A stretch of 64,000 nucleotides of DNA from an uncultured virus (IMG/VR IMGVR_UViG_3300025881_001848) (IMGVR_UViG_3300025881_001848), one strand, 5' to 3'. Positions 22,024 through 32,222 are shown, counted from the stretch's first letter. Translations and numbers: made by a program. The notes: a model not told the origin generated them from the letters alone.

Positions 22024-22182
22024 TCCACCGGCCAAAAAGCAAGCTCGTTAGACGGGCTTTTTTTAGCGCCAAACACATATAAATGATTGACAAAAGCGCC
22101 AATTACCGTATACTTACCTTACCCTTTTACGCCGCTATAGGCGCAAACAATTTACTAACTGCCGTTTCGGTCAGGGATCTTT

Positions 22183-22452
22183 ATGTTTATGAGAAATGTG
22201 AAATATAATTTAGGCTTTATAGGCAATGCAGCCATCGTGCTAGTCGCGTATGCGGTACTGTTTGTGATGATTGCGTCGGTTGCGTCTTTTCCCTTTACGT
22301 TCACGGCTGGATTAACACAATTTGCTACGGATAATGAAGGCTGGCTATTGGCAATAATAGCGGTTTTGTCGGCTATTGCATTTAAGGCAATTGGTCGCCA
22401 TGGTGACATTAAATTTTGGTTTAAGACACAGCCGGATGAACATCATGAGTAA
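22183..22452 (+). CDS. small membrane protein
   Basis: promoter 22087; two hydrophobic helices. Confidence 0.7.
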   Translation: MFMRNVKYNLGFIGNAAIVLVAYAVLFVMIASVASFPFTFTAGLTQFATDNEGWLLAIIAVLSAIAFKAIGRHGDIKFWFKTQPDEHHE

Positions 22453-22837
22453 GCAAGGAGACTCTGTTGCGACGCAATTAGCGGATACGCAAGCAGAGCT
22501 TGAGCGCACAAGAAGGATATTAGCGGTAGAGCGTGCTCGAAACACAGATTTATCAAACATGTTGGGTGCTGGCTCACAAAGAGAGCTTGCTGCGCCTGTC
22601 GTTGTATTGGGTGATGTTGGCGCAGGACTATTGACATCAGTGATGGTAAAGGCAAGTGCAATAGCTGCCCCAGTGGTTATTACTATGCCCGAAGAAAAAG
22701 CGCCAGTGCCGGTGGATTTACTTAATTTGGCTAGTAAAATACCCCCTATTATGCGTTACGAAAACACATTTCCACCCTTACCAATGTCATCCACACTGCA
22801 CCATTTAATTTCCCTCGAACAAAAAACCGATAAATAG
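22445..22837 (+). CDS. hypothetical protein
   Basis: start revised to ATG 22445 overlapping upstream ORF end. Confidence 0.65.
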   Translation: MSKQGDSVATQLADTQAELERTRRILAVERARNTDLSNMLGAGSQRELAAPVVVLGDVGAGLLTSVMVKASAIAAPVVITMPEEKAPVPVDLLNLASKIPPIMRYENTFPPLPMSSTLHHLISLEQKTDK

Positions 22838-22911
22838 TGTGTCTACAGCCTACTGTTTCAGTGAATTTGTGATAAGTTTTGAGTTCAAATTAAAATCACA
22901 AGGATGTTACA

Positions 22912-23622
22912 ATGAGACTGCCAAAATTATTAACAGTTGGACTACTGCTTAGTCTTACTTTTTCTTCGCAAGCCGCTATTATTGATATTGACTGGAAGGT
23001 CGCAGGCGATAATCGTGCTTTCTTGGAAGTTGAATCTGGCACAGAGTGGTTAGATGTCAGTGAAACTTCAGGTCTGAGTCTCGTTGATGCGGCCTCTTTA
23101 ATAGTTACCGGCGGAATTTACGAAGGGTTCAGGATTGCCAGTGAAACCGAAGTCAACTATTTGTTTGACACCCTTTTTACGCCATCCAACCAATATTCTG
23201 AACAGGTATATAGTGCAGGTGACTACTTTAAAACATTTTCAGCTTCAGATGTTGCTTTAGTTGGGAATAATGTTGCTAGTATGGGCGTTGTAGTTGATCA
23301 CCCTGCTGTGTTTGCGACGGGTGGCACTTATTACAATGACCAGAACCAAGCATCAGTAATGTTTAAGCAGCAAAGATCGGCGGCTGGTGAGGCTAGAGTG
23401 TTTAACAACACTCAGTTTGCCAGCATAGCAGCCGAAGATAATCAAACGTTATATGGCGTATATTTGGTTTCAGATGGTGGGGCGACATACAGCACTATTA
23501 ACGATCCCTCTTTGGTTGCTAATAACACAGGCGTTCCGAACGCAACTGAAGTCAGTGAGCCTGGGGCACTAGCGCTACTTGGCTTGGGGCTGGCTGGTTT
23601 ATTGGTTCGCCGCAAAGTTTAA
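22912..23622 (+). CDS. PEP-CTERM-type sorted surface protein (VSEP)
   Basis: signal peptide; GTEWL; GVYLVSDGG; VSEP-TM-RRKV. Confidence 0.9.
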   Translation: MRLPKLLTVGLLLSLTFSSQAAIIDIDWKVAGDNRAFLEVESGTEWLDVSETSGLSLVDAASLIVTGGIYEGFRIASETEVNYLFDTLFTPSNQYSEQVYSAGDYFKTFSASDVALVGNNVASMGVVVDHPAVFATGGTYYNDQNQASVMFKQQRSAAGEARVFNNTQFASIAAEDNQTLYGVYLVSDGGATYSTINDPSLVANNTGVPNATEVSEPGALALLGLGLAGLLVRRKV

Positions 23623-23714
23623 GACATAGCTAAAAAGGCCTAAGGGTCTTTTTTTATGTATCACGTAAACAAAAATGATTGACAAAAAAGAGTTTATTCC
23701 GTATTATAAAGACT

Positions 23715-23863
23715 GATCTGCATCGTCTAGAGGCTAGGGCACTGCGACAGCGAAATGCCGGTATGGAATCCGGTAAGCAAGCTTTAGGGTTTGTCTCGTC
23801 TAATATCTTAGGACGCGCTTTACGGTAGAAACATCGGTTCGAATCCGGTTGTGGATCTCCCCA
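23715..23863 (+). ncRNA. double tRNA-like RNA (two tRNA-Glu-like units, swapped acceptor strands)
   Basis: own promoter 23679-23707 and terminator; two TCGTCTA..AGG(G/A)C D-arms; T-arm ATCGG-TTCGAAT-CCGGT; 5' GATCTGCA pairs with 3' TGTGGATC. Confidence 0.75.
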
Positions 23864-23869
23864 CTCAAG

Positions 23870-23894
23870 AAGCTGGCTTATGCCGGCTTTTTTT
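23870..23894 (+). terminator. intrinsic terminator
   Basis: AAGCTGGC-TTAT-GCCGGCTT followed by T-run. Confidence 0.85.
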
Positions 23895-24157
23895 ATGCGC
23901 GAAGATAAAAAATGATTGACATTAGTTATCATTTTGATATGATTGTGTTGTTGACAGAGCGTGATGTGCACTCGGGGTACATTGCCAGTCAATTAGCAAG
24001 TCAGGCTAGCCACTCGTGTACAGAATACTTCTGGATGGTGAACTGATAACAACAGTTATTTCATATGACGTTCGTTTACAAATTTAACGCAGTGCAACCT
24101 AAGTGTTGCGGTGTTTAATACACGGGTCACCTAAAGCAACACACAATAGGAAGCATT

Positions 24158-25054
24158 ATGTCCCCCATTAATATTAGTGAAATCAAAAATCGTGTACCCA
24201 TGGTGCAATCAGCAGTAAAGCATGTGCTTAAAGTTGATGCTGGCACGCAATCCACATTGGATATTATCGCCGCCTCTCATGGTATCAAAGATTTTAACAC
24301 GGCCAAAGGATTAGCAAGCACCCAGTATAGTGCCGCTACCAACCTAGGCTTTGATGAACACCCTTGCATGATGCAACAAGCGCTTGGCAGCTTTAAAAGC
24401 GATGCTGAAGCGTATGAGGCGCTTATTGCGTTCTTGCATACCGTTAAGAAAAACATGAAGTGGATGTTACTTAAAGATGGTCAGCCCACAGGCATACGTG
24501 AAGTGTCGGGAGACATCCCTGAGAATGAATTGTATGCGGAGATATTTCTTACCGGCAAAACCTATAGTGATTTAGAGTTTGCGCTTGAGAAGGCTAAGCA
24601 AGGTATTGGATCTGAATATGAACGCGCTGAGGATCGTAACGTGTCAATGTCATATCGGTTTAGTGTCTCGGGTAAGGAGACTAATGTATTAGAGGATGTG
24701 AGTAAGTACATTGTTAAAAATGAAAATGACTACGCTATTATTGTGAAAGATAAGATGGTGTATGAGAGTAATGATTTAAGTAAAGCTACGAGGGAGTGCT
24801 TGCCGTACACGAATGATAATCGTGAAGACCTTGAGGGAAATGCCTTGTTTTTGGCTCAGGTTGAAATAGCGGATGCATTACTAAACGATAAGCTTGATTA
24901 TGTGTTCACCTATCCGGCCACCGGAAGTATAATGGAAATTGGGCTGATTTCGGAAATTTTGGCTATTTGGGCGGATGATTTTGAGAATTGTTTTGACGAC
25001 GATCCTAGTTCGGTTGAATTTACCTTATACCGACTGGAAAAAACGCTTAGTTAA
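24158..25054 (+). CDS. hypothetical protein with N-terminal helical motif (glyoxalase-superfamily-like)
   Basis: LDIIAASHGIKDFNT; ~200-nt leader. Confidence 0.75.
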   Translation: MSPINISEIKNRVPMVQSAVKHVLKVDAGTQSTLDIIAASHGIKDFNTAKGLASTQYSAATNLGFDEHPCMMQQALGSFKSDAEAYEALIAFLHTVKKNMKWMLLKDGQPTGIREVSGDIPENELYAEIFLTGKTYSDLEFALEKAKQGIGSEYERAEDRNVSMSYRFSVSGKETNVLEDVSKYIVKNENDYAIIVKDKMVYESNDLSKATRECLPYTNDNREDLEGNALFLAQVEIADALLNDKLDYVFTYPATGSIMEIGLISEILAIWADDFENCFDDDPSSVEFTLYRLEKTLS

Positions 25055-25184
25055 TATGGCGGGACCTGGCGGCGTGATGTCGCCAGTGGCTATTTTAATG
25101 ATAGTGACAAAAAATGATTGACATTAATCGTCATTATGATAATATAACCCCAGTGAAGCAAAACCCTATTTGAAGAGCACACAC

Positions 25185-26036
25185 ATGACACTTATTGCAA
25201 AAGAAGCAGCATTTAATGGATCGATCATTACCTTGGCACGCAGTTTGTCGCTTAGTGATGTTGTGGTGAAAGAATACAGCACGGATACTAATCATTATTT
25301 GGAGAACGTTATGATGCGTCTAGGTCTATCAAAAAAAAATATTCAAGAGCTTGTTAACGATACCGCTGTTGCGTATCGAGATAACAATGTAAGCTTTAAG
25401 CTAAATAAGCTACGTGATTCGATTGCAATGGCTATATCAGGAAGAAAGTGGTCATCTTGGCTTTCTGATTGGGATGAAAATACTTACCGCTATTACTCAA
25501 TCAAAGAGAGTGCGCTTGATACTCTGCCAAATAAATATTTCTTTTTTGAGGAATCTAGTCGATTTTCTTCTGACACCGACAACGCATTAAAAGAAATGAT
25601 CATTGTTCACGTAAGAACTGCTGATTTCTCCGACGATGAAAGTGAGATTGAAGTGAAAGCAATTTCTAACGACAAAACGCAGATATTCTATGTTCAACTG
25701 ACAGACGGTGAGCATCGCGGGGATCTCGGTTGCTGGTTGCTTGCAGAAGGTGACGATGGCGACATTAATTCTGACGATTACCTAGATTTTGATTTGCCGT
25801 TGATAATAGATGTAGCAGAGCGATTTTATGGAAGCATTACAGACGAATTAGCGACTGAATATCAAATTGACGGTGAATATGCGTATCTCTTAGTCGGTGA
25901 AAGTGAAGTCAAGATTGTAACCAAAAATTCAAGATTTATTAATAGTGCAACATCATCTTATCAGCGTGAATTTAGTGAGCCTTTATATACTTTCGAAACA
26001 AAAGATGAAGCTTTTAGCTTTTTGAGACAGTTATAA
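25185..26036 (+). CDS. hypothetical protein
   Basis: promoter 25118; GAGCACACAC-ATG; RDSIAMAISGRKWSSW motif. Confidence 0.8.
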   Translation: MTLIAKEAAFNGSIITLARSLSLSDVVVKEYSTDTNHYLENVMMRLGLSKKNIQELVNDTAVAYRDNNVSFKLNKLRDSIAMAISGRKWSSWLSDWDENTYRYYSIKESALDTLPNKYFFFEESSRFSSDTDNALKEMIIVHVRTADFSDDESEIEVKAISNDKTQIFYVQLTDGEHRGDLGCWLLAEGDDGDINSDDYLDFDLPLIIDVAERFYGSITDELATEYQIDGEYAYLLVGESEVKIVTKNSRFINSATSSYQREFSEPLYTFETKDEAFSFLRQL

Positions 26037-26210
26037 AAACGCAGCAGCCAAGCCGATCCACGTAAGCGGAACGGCTTGGCGTCATTTAGTCCTTTTGAAG
26101 AGTTTTAACCCTATTAGTGCCACCGGAGAGGCGTCCCTCACCGGTGGCCAATTATTGTTTTCTCCCAACATTGAGGCTTCGGCCTCTTTTTTTTCTTGAA
26201 GGTATGTAAT

Positions 26211-26573
26211 ATGTCAACTAAAACTGTATTTTTAAAAGAGCAGTATAAAGGTCACCCCCGTGGTACACAGTTATTTAGTGTGATGGAAATCAGAGATTCG
26301 GGGTATGCGTGCATGTTATGCATTGTGCCTGATGATGTCGCGAAAAAGCGCCTCAAAGAAGCGGGTGTGAAAACTATCCCTGAATTTTTTAACGAGTTTC
26401 CCAGTATGTTCAACCAAGACGCTATCGAGCGCAACTTTATCACGATAAAGCCCATGCGTGAGGGCGTGATCACCGCGACAGCCTTGTTTGATAAAAAGCA
26501 GGCATTGCAAAGTGAGCTTGATGAGTTGCTTAGCTTGGAATTTGATATCTCAAATGAAAGCTCAGCTGACTGA
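26211..26573 (+). CDS. hypothetical protein
   Basis: AAGG RBS; start revised. Confidence 0.7.
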   Translation: MSTKTVFLKEQYKGHPRGTQLFSVMEIRDSGYACMLCIVPDDVAKKRLKEAGVKTIPEFFNEFPSMFNQDAIERNFITIKPMREGVITATALFDKKQALQSELDELLSLEFDISNESSAD

Positions 26574-26776
26574 TGGCTACCGAAGACAGTATGTTGCATG
26601 ACTGGCTAAAAGAACCGATGAGCGCGGTGGAGGAAGCCGTAGGCTTAGATATGTATAAGTGCAAACATTGCCCAGCAAAAATGAACCTTGGTGCGTATAC
26701 GGTACAGGGTGTGCCCGATATCCATTACGAACAATGCCCAAACAAAAATGCAGTCAAAGATCTGCTTGTCTTTTGA
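26573..26776 (+). CDS. small Cys/His protein
   Basis: CKHC...HYEQC; TGATG coupling. Confidence 0.65.
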   Translation: MATEDSMLHDWLKEPMSAVEEAVGLDMYKCKHCPAKMNLGAYTVQGVPDIHYEQCPNKNAVKDLLVF

Positions 26777-26869
26777 GGTATGGTTCGTCTACCCGATACT
26801 ATTCACTTTTCTAAAAAACGAAATTTTATGATAGGTTTATGAGCTAATTAATTCCAATCCGGAAACCTC

Positions 26870-27742
26870 ATGAACCCATTTTATCGCTTTCAATTATTTG
26901 TAATATTAACTACATTAGCACTACTTCCACTTTCAATAAAAGCAGATGACACTACCCCTGTTTATATAATGAAGATGACTGCGGCCGGACAGGTTTCAAG
27001 TAATATAGTAGGGCGTCTTGAAGTGCCAGTTTGGAGAGAAGATGTCGCCCAAACTTTTTATTCGCCATGGGTTGAAGTTGGTGGGCTTTATGATTGTACT
27101 CCCTTAACACCCCCGGCAAATACAGTTGATTTGGGTGTTTCTTTCCAGCAGTCAAAGACGTGCTCTCAAGTTGAGAGTCGCACAGTGACAACGCAATTAG
27201 TGTCAAGTAAACCTGGTATTTCACGTCCAAGCGAAACGGTGACTGAAGAGAGGGTTTTAATTGTTAATTTAACGAATGGAGCTGTCGGCACAAATGGTGA
27301 AGTGAAGCCAGTAGGAGAAAGGGTAGGTGAATGGGTAGTGCTTAATACTAACAATAGCTGCTCGTCAAGTCCTAGTGAGTTTTCCGTTAGCTTAGGTGAG
27401 GTATTCACCCAAACGACAGTATGTACCACAGTGACTAATTTTCAACGTGATATTTATCAAATTATGTCAGATGGTCAAGAAAATTTCCTTAGGAGTGAGA
27501 GTAAATCCGAATCAGAGAGTGAGTCAACGTCTCAGGATGCTACAGGGAAAATGGATTATATTGTTTCATCAGGCACTACAAGTAGTGTATCCCCTTTTTA
27601 TGGGTGTACGGGAGGAGGTAAGTACAGGATTATAACTCGTAGCAATTTTGACGAGTATGCTAGTGGGAATAGAGTGGTTACAAGTGTAGTGGAGACGGTG
27701 CAAAAAACGTCAACTTGTACTAGGGATCCCCGATTTAATTAA
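26870..27742 (+). CDS. secreted protein with two Cys/Trp beta-rich repeats
   Basis: signal peptide; repeat W..C...V.LG..F.Q...C seen twice. Confidence 0.75.
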   Translation: MNPFYRFQLFVILTTLALLPLSIKADDTTPVYIMKMTAAGQVSSNIVGRLEVPVWREDVAQTFYSPWVEVGGLYDCTPLTPPANTVDLGVSFQQSKTCSQVESRTVTTQLVSSKPGISRPSETVTEERVLIVNLTNGAVGTNGEVKPVGERVGEWVVLNTNNSCSSSPSEFSVSLGEVFTQTTVCTTVTNFQRDIYQIMSDGQENFLRSESKSESESESTSQDATGKMDYIVSSGTTSSVSPFYGCTGGGKYRIITRSNFDEYASGNRVVTSVVETVQKTSTCTRDPRFN

Positions 27743-28041
27743 CAAGTAATGCTGGGATAGTAAATGGCCGCAATTATGTGGCCATTTTTGCACTTACTTC
27801 TTCCGAAATCTTGCTTTTTGGATTGACATTCAATTTCATTATGATAATATGTGTGTATCAACTGCATTACTCGAACATGTTTCGGGCTAGTACATTGAGA
27901 GGCAAACGCCTTGCACGAATGCACTGCTAATTAGCAGGCTAAAACATTACTACTGTAAGCCCCTATATTAAACATGACTTTTAATTTATGGCAGAGGACG
28001 TAATGCATTCACCTCACAGCCATCATATTGAGAGAAATGTT

Positions 28042-28764
28042 ATGACACAGACCAACATCACCCAAGATCAATTCGACGCGGCACAAGCTCGTTTAGCGAC
28101 CTTCCTTGAAGAAAAATACAACATTAAGAAGCAATCAAATGGCTTAATGGAATTTGGTGCGGCTTTCATCCTGGGCTTTGATAACCATCATGCCTTAAAT
28201 GCTCAGCTGGCGGAACAACAGACCTCAATGGAACAGTCCAATATTTATAACAATATGGACGATGATGATTTTATTATCGCTATCTTTCGTGATTCAGAAT
28301 GTCGCGACTTTGTACTGGGTAACCGACCTTCTGCTGATTTTACGGATAAAGAGGTAAATGATTTCATTTTTGAGCGATTTGAGATAAAACCGTCACGCTT
28401 AACATCATTTATTACCGCGTACACGAAAGCGATATTCAATCAAGTGGCTGGCTTCACCATCAAGTTTTATGATAGCAAGGAAGCGTTTGATAAGCGCAAG
28501 GACGAGGGCGTATTACATAACTGCGATGATCGCCAAGGCGGCTACGCTTATTTTGCTGATGCTATGATAGCTTGCTACAACATTATTAATAGCGATGAAG
28601 GTCGCAAGCCCAATTTTTACGGGATAGAAGTGTTTGATGATGAGCACGAGGTTGAGGAGTCATACACCTATGAGGAATTAGTGGGCGGGTTTAAGATGTT
28701 TGAGGATAAAAAGGAATTGGAGCAGTTCTATATTAATCATTTAAAAGTGAACCTAAAAAAATAA
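28042..28764 (+). CDS. hypothetical protein with N-terminal helical motif
   Basis: LMEFGAAFILGFDNHHAL; start revised; long leader. Confidence 0.75.
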   Translation: MTQTNITQDQFDAAQARLATFLEEKYNIKKQSNGLMEFGAAFILGFDNHHALNAQLAEQQTSMEQSNIYNNMDDDDFIIAIFRDSECRDFVLGNRPSADFTDKEVNDFIFERFEIKPSRLTSFITAYTKAIFNQVAGFTIKFYDSKEAFDKRKDEGVLHNCDDRQGGYAYFADAMIACYNIINSDEGRKPNFYGIEVFDDEHEVEESYTYEELVGGFKMFEDKKELEQFYINHLKVNLKK

Positions 28765-28861
28765 AAAAGATTGACAAATTATCAAAATAGCGTATAGTTA
28801 TCCCACTCCCAACACATACCAGTGAAGGGAGTACCCTATTCACACACATTAAGGCGTTATT

Positions 28862-29194
28862 ATGACTCAGCAAGCGTATAAGAACATCTCGACGGATTTA
28901 ACGGGCACAAAGCTTAGTGCATTCATCAACCATAACGAGAGCACTATCTGCGTCGCGTGGGGAAATGAAAATGGCGATGGCGCTCACAAGATTGAAATTT
29001 GTGATTACAATGAGTATAACGAAGTTGAGATAGATGGCGCTAAATTCGAACTTAAAATAGCGCATGACGAAGACGGTATCTTTCTGTGTATTTATGAAGC
29101 GTTGGAATATAAAGATGGTCACGTTGAGCCAGATACGGCCACAGGGCAAGATGTATTTTTCACCGAAATTGGCGAACGCCCTGAGCTAGATTAA
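28862..29194 (+). CDS. acidic hypothetical protein
   Basis: promoter 28771, CA leader. Confidence 0.8.
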   Translation: MTQQAYKNISTDLTGTKLSAFINHNESTICVAWGNENGDGAHKIEICDYNEYNEVEIDGAKFELKIAHDEDGIFLCIYEALEYKDGHVEPDTATGQDVFFTEIGERPELD

Positions 29195-29300
29195 GCCCCT
29201 ATTTCCATGTTCATTATGATAATTAATGATTGACAAATTATCATAATGAAGTATACTTATCATAATGAAGTATAATTATCCTACACACACAGGAGCACCA

Positions 29301-29777
29301 ATGATGAAAACATCAAGAAACGCACGATTAATCGCTATCGCTACATTCGCCCTTTTATTAGGTTCAGGTTGCGCTAGTTCGAATTCACCAAGAGTACAAA
29401 TGACATATGTTGATGCATCAGTTAATAGCATTGATAAAGCCCCTAAGATATGTGCGACCGATAATGCGGGTCGTGGCCACCCAATTGCCGGTGGTATAGT
29501 GGGTGGTTTAGTAGGCAATCAATTTGGTGGTGGTAAAGGTAAAGCTGCTATGACCTTGTTGGGCATAGGTATAGGCATTAATGTCGCCAGTGGTGATAAG
29601 CGTAAGGGCAGTAAGTTAAAATGTTCGTCTAATGGTTATATTGCTTCGGTATCGTTTGTTGATCCGCAGACAGGCTATGTTAAGACTGATTATGTTAGAT
29701 TACAGAAGAATACACGGGTAAGAGCGCTGAATATCCCAGTGTGTTTGTATCCTCAAGGTACGAGGACGTGTGTATAA
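29301..29777 (+). CDS. glycine-zipper 2TM lipoprotein
   Basis: lipobox LGSGC; GGIVGGLVGNQFGGGKGKAAMT. Confidence 0.85.
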   Translation: MMKTSRNARLIAIATFALLLGSGCASSNSPRVQMTYVDASVNSIDKAPKICATDNAGRGHPIAGGIVGGLVGNQFGGGKGKAAMTLLGIGIGINVASGDKRKGSKLKCSSNGYIASVSFVDPQTGYVKTDYVRLQKNTRVRALNIPVCLYPQGTRTCV

Positions 29778-30062
29778 ATACACATAGTTACCAATAATGA
29801 TAATACCCTTGCACTAGTGAGGGTTTACTATAGATAATCTATTGAAGTGATGTGGGAAACTGTGAACGGCGGGTATAAGTGACTTCGACGGAGGTGGCTC
29901 GCTGTTGCGTAGTGTAAAACCATAAAGGGCATACAAGTGATCATAGTATGGCTGGGGTTAAATGCAATGCTTATTCCGCTAAACGTGAGTTTGGAGATAC
30001 CCTGTAGAAGGGCGTCACCTCAATGTATTATTAATAAACGAATTAAATAAAAGGAAAGCAGT

Positions 30063-30461
30063 GTGAAAGGTACGATAAGCGATATTCAAGAGGATATATT
30101 CACTCGCAATAAACTCAGGAAGGATATGTTTGGGTATACCCTGATGTTTTCAGTTGTATTTGCCTTGGTTGTGATTTACGCAATAGTATTCGCGCCTCAA
30201 GTTTTTGTTGGTGTGGTTAATTATACTATGTCCGTGGTGCTGGTTGTTTATGGCGTTCTGTTTTGTACTTATGTTTTTTTGCTGGTTGTTTTTTTAGGGA
30301 AAACAAGTTTACTTAACCAAGATGTAAAGGGTGCTATAACAGCGATTTTTTGTTTTCAGAAGGATCATGAGTTGTCGTTTATTGATGGCTTCAGCAGGCG
30401 AGAAAGATTGTATATTAAGCGCTTGTTAAAGGTGAAGGAAGAGAACACTCTTCAACAATAA
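30063..30461 (+). CDS. membrane protein
   Basis: two hydrophobic helices; AAGGA RBS, GTG start. Confidence 0.7.
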   Translation: MKGTISDIQEDIFTRNKLRKDMFGYTLMFSVVFALVVIYAIVFAPQVFVGVVNYTMSVVLVVYGVLFCTYVFLLVVFLGKTSLLNQDVKGAITAIFCFQKDHELSFIDGFSRRERLYIKRLLKVKEENTLQQ

Positions 30462-30533
30462 AAATGATTGACAAAATAATTCAATATGATATTATGTGTG
30501 CAGTTAAAAAGTTCACACACACAAGGTCATATT

Positions 30534-30746
30534 ATGTATCCTAATTTAGTTAATAACGATCCACAAAATAACGAAAAGAAACCCAGCAATGCGGGTAAGC
30601 TTTTAGGTACATTGCCGTATTTATTCCCCGATGGTAAGCACCACGTACATTTTTATGCCAAGTCAGATGGCGATCTAGTTAAAGCAGAGGCTGAGTTCGA
30701 TAGACTGGCTAATCCGTCAAAGCATGGCCTTGGGAGAAACTTCTAA
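30534..30746 (+). CDS. hypothetical protein
   Basis: promoter 30468, CA leader; start revised. Confidence 0.75.
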   Translation: MYPNLVNNDPQNNEKKPSNAGKLLGTLPYLFPDGKHHVHFYAKSDGDLVKAEAEFDRLANPSKHGLGRNF

Positions 30747-30976
30747 TGAGCGAGATATTACAAGCATGCATAGGGCAAGCCCAAGAGCATAAAATTACTA
30801 ATGGGATGGCTCCGGCCGTCTTTGAAGCCACGACGCTAGATGGCACCAAGCACACAGGGTTTAACTTTCAGCCAGTGGGCACCAAAGTGGGTCATACTTT
30901 CCATTACGATCACGGTGTGGGCATCGCTCGCAATCAAGATGCAAAGGTCGTGTGGATCATGGAAAGTGACAGCTAA
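30746..30976 (+). CDS. hypothetical protein
   Basis: TAATG coupling. Confidence 0.7.
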   Translation: MSEILQACIGQAQEHKITNGMAPAVFEATTLDGTKHTGFNFQPVGTKVGHTFHYDHGVGIARNQDAKVVWIMESDS

Positions 30977-31266
30977 TGGCTAAAGTACTTCCGCTTATTC
31001 CCCCTGATCTTCGGGAGAAATGGGCGGATTTATCAGTATCAGATATTGAAGCGGTATTGGCCGAAAAGGGCTTGACGTTTCGACTGGCTAATTATGACAA
31101 CAAACACTTTATTGTCACGGGCAAAGTACGCACCGTATCGCTTTACGCTACCACGGGCACCGTAAACGCGACAAGGCATGATCAAATGAAACCCTTCACC
31201 TGCAAAAAGATGGCTCCAAAAAGGGCGTTTGAACGCCTAGCATCCATTGCTAATATTGGCTATTAA
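30976..31266 (+). CDS. hypothetical protein
   Basis: TAATG coupling. Confidence 0.7.
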   Translation: MAKVLPLIPPDLREKWADLSVSDIEAVLAEKGLTFRLANYDNKHFIVTGKVRTVSLYATTGTVNATRHDQMKPFTCKKMAPKRAFERLASIANIGY

Positions 31267-31275
31267 GGAACACTA

Positions 31276-31602
31276 ATGACACAAAAATATGCGAAAACCA
31301 TTCATGTAGTAAACAGGACGAATGCTTACTTTACCTTGCGTTTTAACCATGAAGCGGTCAACGAACAGGTATTGATAGATAACGACTGTCATTTACTTGA
31401 AAGTGTCGGTGAAATGTATCAATTTGTCATGGACGCCTGCTCTTTAGAAGCCGATGAAGTTGAGTGCTTTGAGTATGTCATTCAGCCTAGTGAGTTAATC
31501 CCAAGTGAATGGCTAATATATGACTCAAGAGACATAGCGACGACAGTCGAACTTGAAGAGGGCGAAACACTTGAGTTGTATATCGCTAACTTCGAAAATT
31601 AG
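31276..31602 (+). CDS. acidic hypothetical protein
   Basis: AAGGA RBS. Confidence 0.75.
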   Translation: MTQKYAKTIHVVNRTNAYFTLRFNHEAVNEQVLIDNDCHLLESVGEMYQFVMDACSLEADEVECFEYVIQPSELIPSEWLIYDSRDIATTVELEEGETLELYIANFEN

Positions 31603-31733
31603 CAACGAACACTTATATCATTCGTATTTTACGGTAAAGTGAAATAATATTGTATGTCAAAAATAAATGATTGACATTAAGAGTCATTATGATAATATTA
31701 CCTCACTGAAACAAAACACACACAAAAGGCAGA

Positions 31734-32222
31734 ATGAACATGGCTTCAAAAGGCGTAAATAAGTGCATATTAGTTGGTAATTTGGGTCAAGATCCAGAAG
31801 TAAGAACCATGCCCAACGGCACCGCAGTGGCAAATTTAAGTATCGCGACCAGTGAGTCGTGGAAAGATCAACAAGGTGTCAAGCAAGAGCGCACTGAGTG
31901 GCACAGGTTGACGATGTATAAGGGTTTAGCGGAGATTGCAGGTAAATTCCTTACTAAGGGGTCGCAGATTTACGTTGAAGGCAAACTGCAAACGCGTAAA
32001 TGGCAAAATCAGCAAGGTCAAGATCAATATACGACTGAAATTGTTGTGAGCGACATGCAAATGTTGGGCGGTGGCAAGCAAAACCAAAATAATCAGAATG
32101 GCGGCCAGAACCAAGGTGGTGGCGGTTATCAACAAAATAATCAGCAACCGCAGAACCAAGGTGGTCAGCAAAACAATCAACAGCCTTCAAATAATGATTT
32201 TAACGATTTCCCCGACAATTAA
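31734..32222 (+). CDS. ssb: single-stranded DNA-binding protein
   Basis: [37 protein letters not shown] linker; tail DFNDFPDN differs from canonical DDDIPF. Confidence 0.97.
   Translation: MNMASKGVNKCILVGNLGQDPEVRTMPNGTAVANLSIATSESWKDQQGVKQERTEWHRLTMYKGLAEIAGKFLTKGSQIYVEGKLQTRKWQNQQGQDQYTTEIVVSDMQMLGGGKQNQNNQNGGQNQGGGGYQQNNQQPQNQGGQQNNQQPSNNDFNDFPDN

Noticed and set aside
23786..23863. Functional tRNA gene
   Set aside because: Anticodon arm is 4-5 nt too short, D-loop lacks GG and its own acceptor stem is mostly G-U; reinterpreted as half of a double tRNA-like RNA.
27860..27940. c-di-GMP-I riboswitch (GGCAAAC)
   Set aside because: The rest of the motif (GAAA-loop stem, GCAAAGC, receptor helix) is absent.
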